DNA of 64,000 bases from NCBI GenBank assembly GCA_963813155.1, contig CAWEYG010000003.1, forward strand, positions 416,001 through 480,000, read 5' to 3'. The first letter of the stretch is position 1. Each line of letters starts with the position of its first letter. This document shows, piece by piece, positions 21,307-32,985 of this stretch. A program made the position numbers and the translations under genes. The notes under the pieces are model-generated. The model saw only the letters and a program-made list of their open reading frames with translations. It was not told the DNA's origin and did no database searches. The DNA comes from an uncultured Acidobacteriota bacterium. GTDB taxonomy: Bacteria; Acidobacteriota; Thermoanaerobaculia; UBA5066; DATFVB01.

Positions 21307-22401
21307 GGTCGCTCCGCTCACCCTACATGGAGTGGTCGAAGCTTCGATCGCACGCGAAGTACGAGCTCTCGACGAGCGGGCTCTCGAGCTTTCCCCTCGC
21401 GAAGCTCCCCGCCCGACTGGGCGATCTCGAGATCAACGGCCCGACGATCTACGGCTACGCGCCGCTGCAGGAAGCGCTCGCGAGCGAAGTGCGGCGTCTC
21501 GACGGATTGCGTCGTCGCCTCGCAGGGAACGTCGATGGCGAATCATCTCGCGATGGCCGCCCTCTTCGAGCCGGGCGACGAAATTCTCGTCGAGCATCCG
21601 ACCTACGAGCTGCTCCTCTCGACCGCGAGCTACCTCGGCGCGGAGATTCGACGCTTCGAGAGGCGGGTCGAAAACGGTTTCCGGATCGATCCGGACGAAG
21701 TCGCGGCCGCAACGACGCCCCGCACGCGCCTGATCGTCCTGACGAACCTGAACAACCCCTCGAGCGTTCAGACCGACGAACCGGCGCTGAAAACCATCGG
21801 AGCGGCCGCCGATCGGGTTGGCGCAAACGTGCTCGTCGACGAGGTCTATCTCGACTGTGCGAAGACCCCGGCCGGGACAGCCCCTTCTTCCGCGTTTCAT
21901 CTCGGTCCGAACTTCGTCACGACGAGCAGCCTGACAAAGGTCTACGGCCTGTCCGGGATCCGGTGCGGGTGGATCCTCGCGCGGCCGGAGCTCGCGGAAA
22001 AGATGTGGCGGTTGAACGACCTGTTCGCTGCGACCCCCGCGCACCCGGCCGAGCTCCTGAGCGTCATCGCGCTCGACCATCTCGCCGAGATCGCGGCCTA
22101 TTCGGAGAAGCAGCTCGCGCGCAATCGCTCCTTGCTGAACGAGTTTCTCGACTCCGCGGGACGAGCTCGAAACGGTTCGGACGCCGGCGGGAACGACGTC
22201 GTTTCCCGAAGCTCCGCGGAGGCCGCGTCGACGAGCTGTACGAGATCCTGCGAGAGCCGCTACGAGACGAGCGTCGTGCCGGGAAGGTTCTTCGAGATGC
22301 CGGAACACTTCCGAATCGGGATCGGCGGAGAGACGGAGATGCTCGAAGAGGGGCTCGCCCGGATCGGCCGCGCCCTCGACGATTTGAAGTCGTCCGGCTA
22401 G
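21303..22401 (+). CDS. PLP-dependent class I/II aminotransferase (apparent frameshifts near 21490 and 22160-22250)
   Basis: N-terminus SPYMEWSK...YGYAPLQEAL in one frame; GTSMANHLAM, TNLNNPS, VDEVYLD, SSLTKVYGLSGIRCGW, PGRFFEMPEHFRIG in another. Confidence 0.85.
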
Positions 22402-22610
22402 GTTCTCTTTCCCCCCGCGAGGAGGAGCCCCGCGCCGACGATGACGGCCGCGGCGCCCGCCCAGAGCGGAACGTTGACGGTCTTCTTCTCTTTGACGGAA
22501 ATTTCCATTGAGCCAATCTTGGCCGAGTGCGACTCTGACGTGTACGTGATGCCGCCGTAGACGAGCCCGAGAACGCCGAGGACGATCAGGATCAGGGCAA
22601 TCATTTTCAT
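22398..22610 (-). CDS. Small two-TM membrane protein (DUF3185-like)
   Basis: MKMIALILIVLGVLGLVYGGITYT...KIGSMEISVKEKKTVNVPLWAGAAAVIVGAGLLL. Confidence 0.8.
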   Translation of the reverse strand: MKMIALILIVLGVLGLVYGGITYTSESHSAKIGSMEISVKEKKTVNVPLWAGAAAVIVGAGLLLAGGKRT

Positions 22611-22633
22611 TTCCGCACCCCCTGATTTCGAGT

Positions 22634-25199
22634 CTAGCGCAGCCCCTTGACTTCGAGGAGCGTCGAAAGGATGCGGACGAAGCTGTACGCATAGGCGCGT
22701 CCGTCCGGTGTCGGGTAGACGCGCGCGACGGCATGAACGCCGGCGGGATCGCCCGGCTCGATCGTCTTCCAGGCCCTCGACTCCCCCGTCGAGACGTTCA
22801 CGACGCGAACCGTCACCGCCGGTCCCTCGGCGCGGTTCACGTAAACGCCCGTTCCGTCCGCGGTCCACTGGGTTCCCGCGTCGCCGACCGACGTGTCTGG
22901 GAATCGCCCGCGGCGCCCCGCCGTCGACCGGGAAGAGCGTCGGCCGGGCGCCGGGGTCGAGCCCCATGACGAAGCGCCCATCCGGCGACGGCACCAGCGG
23001 AGCGAAAGGGATACCCTCGACCGAGATCGCTTTCGGCTTCCCTCCCGCGACGTCGATCATCCAGATCCGATTTCCTTTACCGGGCTCGGCTCCCCAGAAG
23101 ACGATGCGTTTCCCGTCCGGAAGGAAGTTCGGGTACACGCCGACGACCGGGGCAGATGGGGATCGCCACCGGCTGACCCGCGCCGATCGGAAGGATGTTG
23201 AGCTTCCCGAAGTCGATGTCCGCGGTCACGACCGTTTTTCCGTCCGGCGAAAACGTGGCGGCTGTGCCGTCGCCGAACCGCGTCGCCGGCGATCCGTCGG
23301 TCGGACGCACGTAGACACCGCCGGTGTCGCCCCCGCCCTCGCCGCTCTCGTCGAACGCGATGAGCTTCCCGTCGGGCGTGATCGAACGGATGAGAGCGTA
23401 GTCGAGGTTCGAGAGGTCTCGCTCGGCTTTCGCGCCAGGAGCGAGGGCAGACATCTGCGCGCGCCAGTCATCTTCCGTCAGGAGGACGCGTCCGTCGGCG
23501 GACATGTCCCAGAGCGTGAGCTCGTTCGGGCTCGCGAGGACGAGCCTTTCGTTCCCCGAGAGGTCGCATGCATAGACTTTCGTCGCCGATCCATAACGCG
23601 TACCGGTGAACCAGATCTCGCGCCCGTTCGGGCTCCACGCGAGCCCCTCGACCGAGAGCCACTTGGTCGAAACGTCGCGCTTCGTCCCTCCGTCGGCCCG
23701 GATCACCGAAACCGTTCCGCCGTCGTTGCCCCCGGGATGCTCGAGAAAGGCGATCGTCTTCCCGTCGGGAGACATTCGCACGTGGTTGATCCAGCCCCCG
23801 GTCTCGTAGATGACCTTGCCGACCGGATACTCCAGCCGACATTTTGCCGCCGACGATCTGCGCGGCCGCGAGGGCGCTGCCGTCGGGCGACCAGTCGGCC
23901 GAGACCACGCTGTCGAGCAGCTCCCGCGGGGCGCCTCCCGAGAGAGGAACGCGAGCCAGCGTGCCGGCGCTGTAAAGCGTCGTGACCGGCTGGAAGCGCA
24001 CGCGCGATCGCCATTTCCCCTGACTTCGAGACCGCGAGAAGACTCGCGTCGGGCATCGCGATCGGCGTGCTCCCGGCGACCTGCGGGCGGGTCGAGTAGA
24101 CCTTCGCCGGCTCTCCGTTCCATCCGGCGGCGAAGACAACGGTCTGGCCTTCGGGACCATAGCGAGCGCCGGAGACGGTCCCGCGCTCGAAGGTCAGGCG
24201 ATGGAAATCCGGCGTCGCGGTCCTGCCCGTCCGTGTGCCGAGCCACCAGGCGAGCGGCACCCCGAGCACAGCCAGACCGAGGAGAGCCGTCTGCAGGCGG
24301 AGGCGGGAGCGGAATTTCGAGATCGCCTTCGGCCCGGAGGCCGTCGAGACCTGGGAGAGCGACTCCAGGTCGAACGCGATGTCGGAGGCCGACTGGAAGC
24401 GACGCTCCGGATCCTTCTCCAGGCAGTGCCGGACGATCCGGTCGAGCGACGGCGGGATCGCTCGGCCCGACTCGGACAGCTCGGGAGGCTCCTCTTTGAG
24501 GATCGCCGCCATCGTGTCGCTCGCGGTTTCCCGCCGAAAGGCGGACTTCCCCGCGAGCATTTCGTAGAGAACGGCCCCGAAGGAAAAGATGTCGGTTCGA
24601 TGATCGGCGGAGATTCCCCGAACCTGTTCGGGCGACATGTAACCGGCGGTGCCCATCACGGTGCCCGGCTCCGTCTTGTGAGACACCGTCTGAATTTTCG
24701 AATCGGAGCCCGAGCCGGACTCCAGCCGCTTGGCCAGGCCGAAATCGAGGATCTTGACGCGGCCATCCCGGGTGACGAAGACGTTCTCCGGTTTCAGGTC
24801 CCGATGAACGATCCCTTTCTCGTGGGCTGCGGCGAGACCGCGCGCGATCTGAATCGCGTAGTCGGTCGATTTCCGAACGGTCAATGCCGAACCGAGCTCG
24901 TCCCGCAGCGTGCGCCCTTCGAGGAGCTCGGTGACGGCGAAAACCGCGCCGCCTTCCGTGCCGATGTCGAAGATCCCGAGGATATTCGGATGCGACAGGG
25001 CCGCGACGGCGCGCGCCTCGCGCTCGAAGCGGGCGAGCGCGTCCGCGTCCTGCGCGACGCTCTCCGGCAGGACCTTGATCGCGACTTCGCGGGAAAGCCG
25101 CGCGTCGCGGGCCCGGTACACCTCTCCCATTCCCCCCGCGCCGAGCAGGGAGACAATTTCGTAGGGACCGAGCCGCGTGCCGGGGGGAAACTGCGTCGT
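22634..25199 (-). CDS. Membrane Ser/Thr kinase with TolB/PD40-like beta-propeller (several apparent frameshifts)
   Basis: [48 protein letters not shown], then WSPDG/SPDG repeats spread over ORFs 23703..25130, 23468..24160, 23077..24246, 22398..23138 and 22634..22981. Confidence 0.88.
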
Positions 25200-25273
25200 A
25201 GTCTCCTGTCGATCGAAATCTGTCTCGAACGGCGAAAGTCTATCGTAAGCTTCGGCGAACGAGGAGGACCGAG

Positions 25274-26425
25274 ATGAAAACCGATTTGCTCTCTCGCCGC
25301 GGTTTTGCGGGAGTCTTCGGCGCCGCGATCGGCGCGACGCTGCTCGAACGAGGGCTCGCGGCGGCCGCGGAAACCGGCAGGCCCGCGGAGAAGTCCTCGG
25401 AACCCGCCGGCCCCGTTCGACTGAGCGCGAACGAGAACCCGTACGGGCCGTCGGAGAAAGCCCGCCGCGCGATCGAGCGCTCGGTCGGCATCGGGCATCG
25501 CTACCCCGACGCCCTCGCGGAGTCGCTGAAGAAGGAGATCGCGTCGCAGCACGCCGTCCGGCCCGACCAGGTCGTCCTGGGGTGCGGCTCGTCTCAGATC
25601 CTCCAGATGGCCGACTCGGCCTACCTCGGGCCCGGGCGGAAGGTCATCGCGACGGAGCCGACTTTCGAAGCGGTGCTCGCCTACGCCGCCGTGATGCACG
25701 CCGAGCCCGTGAAGGTGGCGCAGACGGCAGATTTCCGGCACGACCTCGCGAAGATGGCGTCCGTATGCGACGACCGCACGGGCCTCGTCTACGTCTGCAA
25801 CCCGAACAACCCGACGGGCACGATCGTGTCCGGCGACGAGCTGGAAGACTTCCTGGCCCGCGTGCCCCCGACCGCGACGGTCCTCGTCGACGAGGCGTAC
25901 CACCACTTCGTCGAGGACGGGCGGTACCGAACCGCGATCGGCATGCTCCCCCGGCATCCGAACCTCATCGTCGCGAGGACGTTCTCGAAGATCTACGGGC
26001 TCGCCGGGATGCGGCTCGGGTACGCGGTCGCCTCTCCGGGCGCGGCCTCGGCGCTCAACAGCTTCGCGTCGTGGGACAACGTCAACGCCGCGGTGCTTTC
26101 GGCCGCGCTCGCGAACCTCGGGGAGAGCGGCCTCGTCGCGCAGCGCCGCAAAGCCCTCAACGACACCCGCCGGTGGCTGTGCGCCGAGCTCGAGCGGGAC
26201 GGACGGCGATACATTCCCTCGCACGCGAACTTCGTCATGATCGACGTGCACGGCGACGTGGCTCCGGTCATTCGCGCGTTCCGCGACCGAAACATCGAGG
26301 TCGGCCGCAAGTTTCCCTCGATGCCGAACTGGCTTCGCATTTCGATCGGGAAACCGGAAGAGATGAAGGCGTTCGTCGCGGGGCTGCGCGCGATCGTTCC
26401 GGCGACGAAAGCCGCGGCGGCCTAG
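25274..26425 (+). CDS. HisC-family (class II) aminotransferase with Tat signal peptide
   Basis: LSRRGFAG twin-arginine leader; [40 protein letters not shown]. Confidence 0.88.
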   Translation: MKTDLLSRRGFAGVFGAAIGATLLERGLAAAAETGRPAEKSSEPAGPVRLSANENPYGPSEKARRAIERSVGIGHRYPDALAESLKKEIASQHAVRPDQVVLGCGSSQILQMADSAYLGPGRKVIATEPTFEAVLAYAAVMHAEPVKVAQTADFRHDLAKMASVCDDRTGLVYVCNPNNPTGTIVSGDELEDFLARVPPTATVLVDEAYHHFVEDGRYRTAIGMLPRHPNLIVARTFSKIYGLAGMRLGYAVASPGAASALNSFASWDNVNAAVLSAALANLGESGLVAQRRKALNDTRRWLCAELERDGRRYIPSHANFVMIDVHGDVAPVIRAFRDRNIEVGRKFPSMPNWLRISIGKPEEMKAFVAGLRAIVPATKAAAA

Positions 26426-27468
26426 CCGAGACTCTTGGCGTCGACGACAAACCGGTACCGGACGTCGCCCCGGAGCATGCGGTCGTAGGCTTCGTCGATT
26501 TTCTGGATCGGAATCGTCTCGATGTCGGAAACGATCCCTCGCTCGGCGCAGAAGTCGAGCATCTCCTGCGTCTCCGCGAGGCCCCCGATCAGCGAGCCGG
26601 CGATCGAACGGCGTTTTCCGACGAGCGAAGAGGACGGAAGGTCGGAAGGCTTGTCGGGCGCGCCGACGACGATCATCGTTCCCTCGCGGGCCAGCAGGTC
26701 CGTGAGCCGGCCGACGTCGTGCCGGGCCGAGACGGTGTTCAGCAGAAAGTGAAATCGGCCCGCCGCGGCGGCCATGGCTTTGTCGTCGGACGTCAGGAGG
26801 AAGTCGGCCGCTCCCAGACGACGGGCGTCCTCTTTCTTTGCCGCGTTGTGGGACAGAAGCGTGACCTCTGCTCCCAGAGCGCTGCCGATCTTGACGGCCA
26901 TGTGGCCGAGGCCGCCGAGGCCGACCACGCCGAGGCGGTGGCCCTTCCCGACTTTCCAGTGGCGCAGCGGCGAATACGTCGTTATTCCGGCGCACAGCAG
27001 GGGCGCGACGGCGTCCAGCCGGTCACGCTTCCCCACTCGAAGGACGAAATTCTCGTCGACGACGACGCGCGTCGAGTAGCCGCCGTATGTCGGCGTCTTT
27101 CCGTCGTATTCGAAGCCGTTGTACGTGAGCACGGGCCCTTTCTCGCAGAACTGCTCGAGCCCCGCCTTGCACGCCTCGCAGACGCGGCAGCTGTCGACGA
27201 GGCAACCGACGCCGACGATGTCTCCCTCGCGGAACTTCGTGACGCTCTTCCCGACGCGGGACACGCTCCCGACGATCTCGTGCCCCGGGACCATCGGGTA
27301 GTTCGAGTTCGCCCACTCGTTGCGCACCTGGTGGAGGTCGGAATGGCAGACCCCGCAATAGAGGATGTCGATCACGACGTCGTGCTCCCGCGGCTCGCGC
27401 CGGGAGATCGTGAACGGTTTCAGCGGGTTTGTGTGGTCAAAGGCGGCGTAGGCTTTCGTTTCCATCAT
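26422..27468 (-). CDS. Zn-dependent NAD(P) alcohol dehydrogenase (YahK/AdhC-like)
   Basis: YCGVCHSD, PGHEIVG, CxxCxxC motif, APLLCAGITTYSPL, GLGGLGHM, DVRYRFV. Confidence 0.93.
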   Translation of the reverse strand: MMETKAYAAFDHTNPLKPFTISRREPREHDVVIDILYCGVCHSDLHQVRNEWANSNYPMVPGHEIVGSVSRVGKSVTKFREGDIVGVGCLVDSCRVCEACKAGLEQFCEKGPVLTYNGFEYDGKTPTYGGYSTRVVVDENFVLRVGKRDRLDAVAPLLCAGITTYSPLRHWKVGKGHRLGVVGLGGLGHMAVKIGSALGAEVTLLSHNAAKKEDARRLGAADFLLTSDDKAMAAAAGRFHFLLNTVSARHDVGRLTDLLAREGTMIVVGAPDKPSDLPSSSLVGKRRSIAGSLIGGLAETQEMLDFCAERGIVSDIETIPIQKIDEAYDRMLRGDVRYRFVVDAKSLG

Positions 27469-27536
27469 GAGGATGCCAACGAAACGCGGACCCCTCGTAT
27501 TCCGCGGTTGACGGCGGCCGCGCTCTAGAATGGCTC

Positions 27537-28400
27537 ATGCCCCTCTTCGACGTGATCCTGCCGACGGTCGGCCGTTCGCACACGATCGGCTACGCGATCA
27601 CCTCGGTGCTCGAACAGACCGAAGCCAATTTCACGCTCCACGTCATCGGCGACGGCTGCGGCGCTAAGACCGAGGACGTCGTCCGCTCGTTCGCCGATCC
27701 GCGGGTCCGCTATCGTCGGTTCCCGAAAGCGCCCGGGTTTGGGTACCGGAACCGCAACACGGTGCTTCGGGAATCTGTCGCTCCGTTCGTCGCCTACACG
27801 ACCGACGACGACCTCCTCTTCCCGGACCACCTGGAGCGAGGCGCGCGGATGCTCGAAGAGCGGAGGCTCGCTCTCGTGGCGTTTCGGTCGGCGCAGGTTC
27901 GACCTCCGGACGAGCTGGACCCGTATTTCTTCGCGTTCGACTGGCGGCTCGGGGCGTTTTCGCGTTTCCTGACGCGCTGGTTCGTCGGCTCCGCGAACAT
28001 GGTCCATCGACGGGCCCTTTTCGACCGAATCGGCTTCTGGGACGAATCGCTGCTCCGGTTCGGCGACCGCGACTTCTATCGCCGGGCGTGCGCTCCCGGC
28101 GAATCCGCGGAATTCATTCCCGAGACGACGCACCTGCGATTCTTTGCCGCTCAGTGGGAGGACCTCTACGCCGGGCTCGCGAAGCCCCCGCAGGAGAAAT
28201 ACCTGGGCCTGCTGCGGGACCCCGCGTGGCTTGACGAGATCCGCCGCCGAACTGCGGAGAGCGAACGCCCTGCGGCGGTGCGTCTCCGCCAGGCTCAGGA
28301 TTTCCTTTTGTTCGCGTCGCGATCGGGCCCGAAGTTCGCCCGTCTCCTGGCGAAACGCGCCGCCGACCGGATCGCCGGAGGGCGCCGCCGGGCTCGCTGA
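27537..28400 (+). CDS. GT2-family glycosyltransferase
   Basis: DVILPT...SVLEQT...VIGDGC...AYTTDDDLLFPDHL. Confidence 0.82.
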   Translation: MPLFDVILPTVGRSHTIGYAITSVLEQTEANFTLHVIGDGCGAKTEDVVRSFADPRVRYRRFPKAPGFGYRNRNTVLRESVAPFVAYTTDDDLLFPDHLERGARMLEERRLALVAFRSAQVRPPDELDPYFFAFDWRLGAFSRFLTRWFVGSANMVHRRALFDRIGFWDESLLRFGDRDFYRRACAPGESAEFIPETTHLRFFAAQWEDLYAGLAKPPQEKYLGLLRDPAWLDEIRRRTAESERPAAVRLRQAQDFLLFASRSGPKFARLLAKRAADRIAGGRRRAR

Positions 28401-28424
28401 CGCGATTCCCTATTTCACTGCAAT

Positions 28425-29372
28425 TCACCGCAGGCGCGGCGCCGGCGGATGCCACATCGACGACAAATCCTTCTCCAGCGCGGCTCGATCCCATTTCGCG
28501 CAGTTCGCCGCCGCCTCGTAGCTGCTCTGGAGGAAGTCGAGGACCACCGCGTCGGGCGAAGGCGCCTTGCGCGCCTCGTCGTACGGAAGCAGGAACTCTC
28601 CCAGGTCCCCGTTGTACGCGGCTTCCGCCGGCCGGACCGGCGACGCGCGGAATCCGTCCGGCTCAGGATACGAATACGAGTAGAAGACCGGCTGCGGCAA
28701 CAAGGGGTTTCCGGGCCAGAAGCCGGCGCTGCTGACTTCGTGCGAGTACGCCTCCTCGTTGACTCGCGCCGGGCAGTTCGGCGGGCCTCCGCTGTGAAGC
28801 GGCGCCGGCCGTCCGGAAAAGCGAGTGACCGCGAGGTCGAAGCCTCCCCAGAAGAAGTGGACCGGACTGCATTTCCCGATGAAACGGGCCCGAAACTCCT
28901 TCAACAGCCGATCCGCGTGGGAGAGCGCGCCGAAGAACCGGGAAACCGCGGCGGCGTCGTAAGACGCGTGCTCGCGGTCTTCCGCGAAAGGGATGGCGAC
29001 TTCCATCTCATTCGGTCTTCCGTAGATTCGCGGGCGAGGGCCGAGCTCGGCGAGCCGGGCGAAAAGCTCCTCATGAAAGTCCGCGACCGAACGGGGCTTC
29101 ATCGCGACCGTGCGCACGCCGCCCCGGCTCGTCTCGATCAGAACCTGGTGTTCGAGAAAGTCGAAGTCGATTTCGAAGGTGCCGTGCTCCCAGGGGGTCG
29201 CGCCGGTCGTCAGTCCGCGTGACGTGACCGCGAGGGCGACGTGCCAGGAGTGATTCGTCCACGGAGATTGCGCGAGCCGAATCTTTCCCGCGATCTGCGT
29301 CCACAGATGAAGCGTCTCGAGAGTGTCTTTCCACCCTTCGTACGGGATGGCCGGCCAGTCCGGGGTCCTCAT
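28425..29372 (-). CDS. DUF5996 family protein
   Basis: WPAIPYEGWKDTLETLHLWTQIAGKIRL...NHSWHV...SPVHFFWGGFDLAVTRFSGR...EAYSHEVSSAGFWPG. Confidence 0.88.
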   Translation of the reverse strand: MRTPDWPAIPYEGWKDTLETLHLWTQIAGKIRLAQSPWTNHSWHVALAVTSRGLTTGATPWEHGTFEIDFDFLEHQVLIETSRGGVRTVAMKPRSVADFHEELFARLAELGPRPRIYGRPNEMEVAIPFAEDREHASYDAAAVSRFFGALSHADRLLKEFRARFIGKCSPVHFFWGGFDLAVTRFSGRPAPLHSGGPPNCPARVNEEAYSHEVSSAGFWPGNPLLPQPVFYSYSYPEPDGFRASPVRPAEAAYNGDLGEFLLPYDEARKAPSPDAVVLDFLQSSYEAAANCAKWDRAALEKDLSSMWHPPAPRLR

Positions 29373-29939
29373 CCGCCCGATGATACGCGCATTGTCGACC
29401 GCTCCATTCTCACGAGCGGGAGGCTCAACCCGTTCCTCATCGGCAGATCGACCTCCTCGACCCTCTGATACCCCATCGCCTCGTAGAGCGGCAATCCCGG
29501 AAGGGTCGCCATGAGCTCGAAGCGGAGGAATCCCTCCGCGGCCGCCGCTTCTTCCGAAGCCCGGAGCAGGAGGCGCCCGATGCCCCGACGCGAGAACTCG
29601 GGCCGGACGTAGAAGGCGCGGATCCGGGCGGAGTCCCGCTGCGGATCGAGAAGCGGATCGGGGGCGCCCCCCTTCCGGCGGTCGCCGCCGAACAGGGTTC
29701 GCCGCCGACTCCACCCGCCGCAGCCCGCGATCCGGCCGCCGGGCCTCGGCGCGCGCGACGAAGTATGTCCTGTCCTCGATCAGCTGAGAGTCAACGCCGA
29801 AGACCTCCTCGAGCGACGCCTTGATCTGCGCGGGCGAGTAACACCCGGCGCTCAACCCGCGCACCGAATCTTCAATGACGGCTCGCAACTCCCGAACATC
29901 CTCCGCCGTCGCAAGCCGCAGAGCCGTCTCTTCCCCCAT
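29369..29939 (-). CDS. GNAT N-acetyltransferase (apparent frameshift near 29740)
   Basis: LRLATAED...SVRGLS...FGVDSQLIEDRTYFV, then in the shifted frame GCGGWSRRRTLFGGD...RIRAFYVRPEFSRRGIG...ELMATLPGLPLY. Stop overlaps the next ATG. Confidence 0.85.
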
Positions 29940-29947
29940 CCGATCCT

Positions 29948-31324
29948 TCAGTGGGGAAGGCCGAAGACGAAATAGGCGAGACAGACCGCGCCGAGAACCC
30001 AGCCTCCCGGGCGAACCTCCCGGGCGCGCCCCGCGCCGACTTTCAGAATCGGATGGAGCACGAGGCCGGCCGTGAGGCCGTTGCCGATGTTGTACGTGAA
30101 GACCATCATCGCGATCGTCGCGAACGCAGGCACGAGCTCCGTCGGGTCGGCGAATTCGATCTTCGCCGCCGACGCCACCATGAGAACTCCCACGGCGATG
30201 AGGGCCGGGCCGTACGCGCAACGAAGCTGCTGGAGAGGCTCGAAGAGGGGCAGAAAAAACAGCGAGCCGGCGAAGAGAACCGCTGTCGTCACGGCCGCGA
30301 GGCCGGTCCGGGCGCCTTCCCGAATTCCCGCCGCGGATTCGATGAACGCCCCGCTCGTCGAGGTCCCGAGCAGCGAGCTCGCGACGCAAGCCGCCGCATC
30401 CACCATCATCGGCCGCTCGATCCGGGGAAAGTTTCCCCGGGAGTCCAGCATCCCGGCGGCGGCTCCGACTCCGACGAGGGTCCCCAGGGTGTCGAGGAAC
30501 GACATGAGAAACAGCGTCAGGAGGACCGGGAGAAAGGAGAGGCGGAAAGCCCCCGCGATGTCGAGCTTTCCGGCGATCGCCGAAAGGTCGTACTCCGCGC
30601 CGCCCGGCCACGCCGCGAGCCGCGCCGGCGCGGGAGCGAGGCCGAGCGCGAGCGCCGCGATCCCGACGGACGCGATCCCGAGGAGAATCGCCCCGCGCAC
30701 GCGGCGGATCAGGAGCACCGAGATCAACGCGAACCCCGCGATCGCGAGGAGAACGGGCGTGTCGCGCAGGTTTCCGAGTTTGAGGGGAACGTCGGGCGAC
30801 CTCAGAATGCCGCTCCCGGGCACGAGAAGCGCCTGCGGCGGCATGCCGGCGACGGCGCTCGTGACAATGCCGGTCTCGTAGAAGCCGATGAAGGCGAGAA
30901 ACAGCCCGATTCCGACGGCGAAACTGTGCTTGAGAGACGCCGAGATCGACTCGGCGAGCCAGGAGCGCACACGGAGGACCGTGAGGAGCGCGAAGGCAAC
31001 GCCGCTGACGAAAACCGCGCCGAGACGCTGCTGCCAGGTGATCCCCATCGCCGCGAGCCCGAAGGCGACGAACGCGTTCTCGCCCATGTAGGGCGCCACC
31101 GCGATCGGCAAGTTCGCGTACAGACCCATCGCGAGACAGCCGAGGACAGCGGCGACAATCGTCGCGACCGTGCTCGGACCGCGGGGAATTCCGGCGAACG
31201 CGAGGATCGCCGGATTGACGACGATGATGTAGGCCATCGTCGCGAAAGTGGTCGCGCCGCCGAGGATCTCCGTCCGGACGTTCGTTCCGCGCTCGCGGAG
31301 ATGGAAGAACGTTTCGAGGGACAC
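29948..31324 (-). CDS. NCS2/AzgA-family nucleobase permease
   Basis: GTG start at 31324: (M)[37 protein letters not shown]...APYMGENAF...[16 protein letters not shown]. Confidence 0.9.
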   Translation of the reverse strand: MSLETFFHLRERGTNVRTEILGGATTFATMAYIIVVNPAILAFAGIPRGPSTVATIVAAVLGCLAMGLYANLPIAVAPYMGENAFVAFGLAAMGITWQQRLGAVFVSGVAFALLTVLRVRSWLAESISASLKHSFAVGIGLFLAFIGFYETGIVTSAVAGMPPQALLVPGSGILRSPDVPLKLGNLRDTPVLLAIAGFALISVLLIRRVRGAILLGIASVGIAALALGLAPAPARLAAWPGGAEYDLSAIAGKLDIAGAFRLSFLPVLLTLFLMSFLDTLGTLVGVGAAAGMLDSRGNFPRIERPMMVDAAACVASSLLGTSTSGAFIESAAGIREGARTGLAAVTTAVLFAGSLFFLPLFEPLQQLRCAYGPALIAVGVLMVASAAKIEFADPTELVPAFATIAMMVFTYNIGNGLTAGLVLHPILKVGAGRAREVRPGGWVLGAVCLAYFVFGLPH

Positions 31325-31353
31325 TTCCTCGGATTTTACAGCCGAGCGCGCCT

Positions 31354-32893
<1,540 letters not shown>

Positions 32894-32985
32894 GAGCCGC
32901 TTATACTAACGCGTCGTGAGGAATTTGCCGGCGTTGGTGCCCGTCGATATACTCCATGGGCTTTGAAAGTTTTGGAAGGAGAGAC

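Noticed and set aside
28425-30611. 728-aa ORF
   Set aside because: Chimera of an NCS2 shadow frame, the GNAT N-terminus and the DUF5996 gene.
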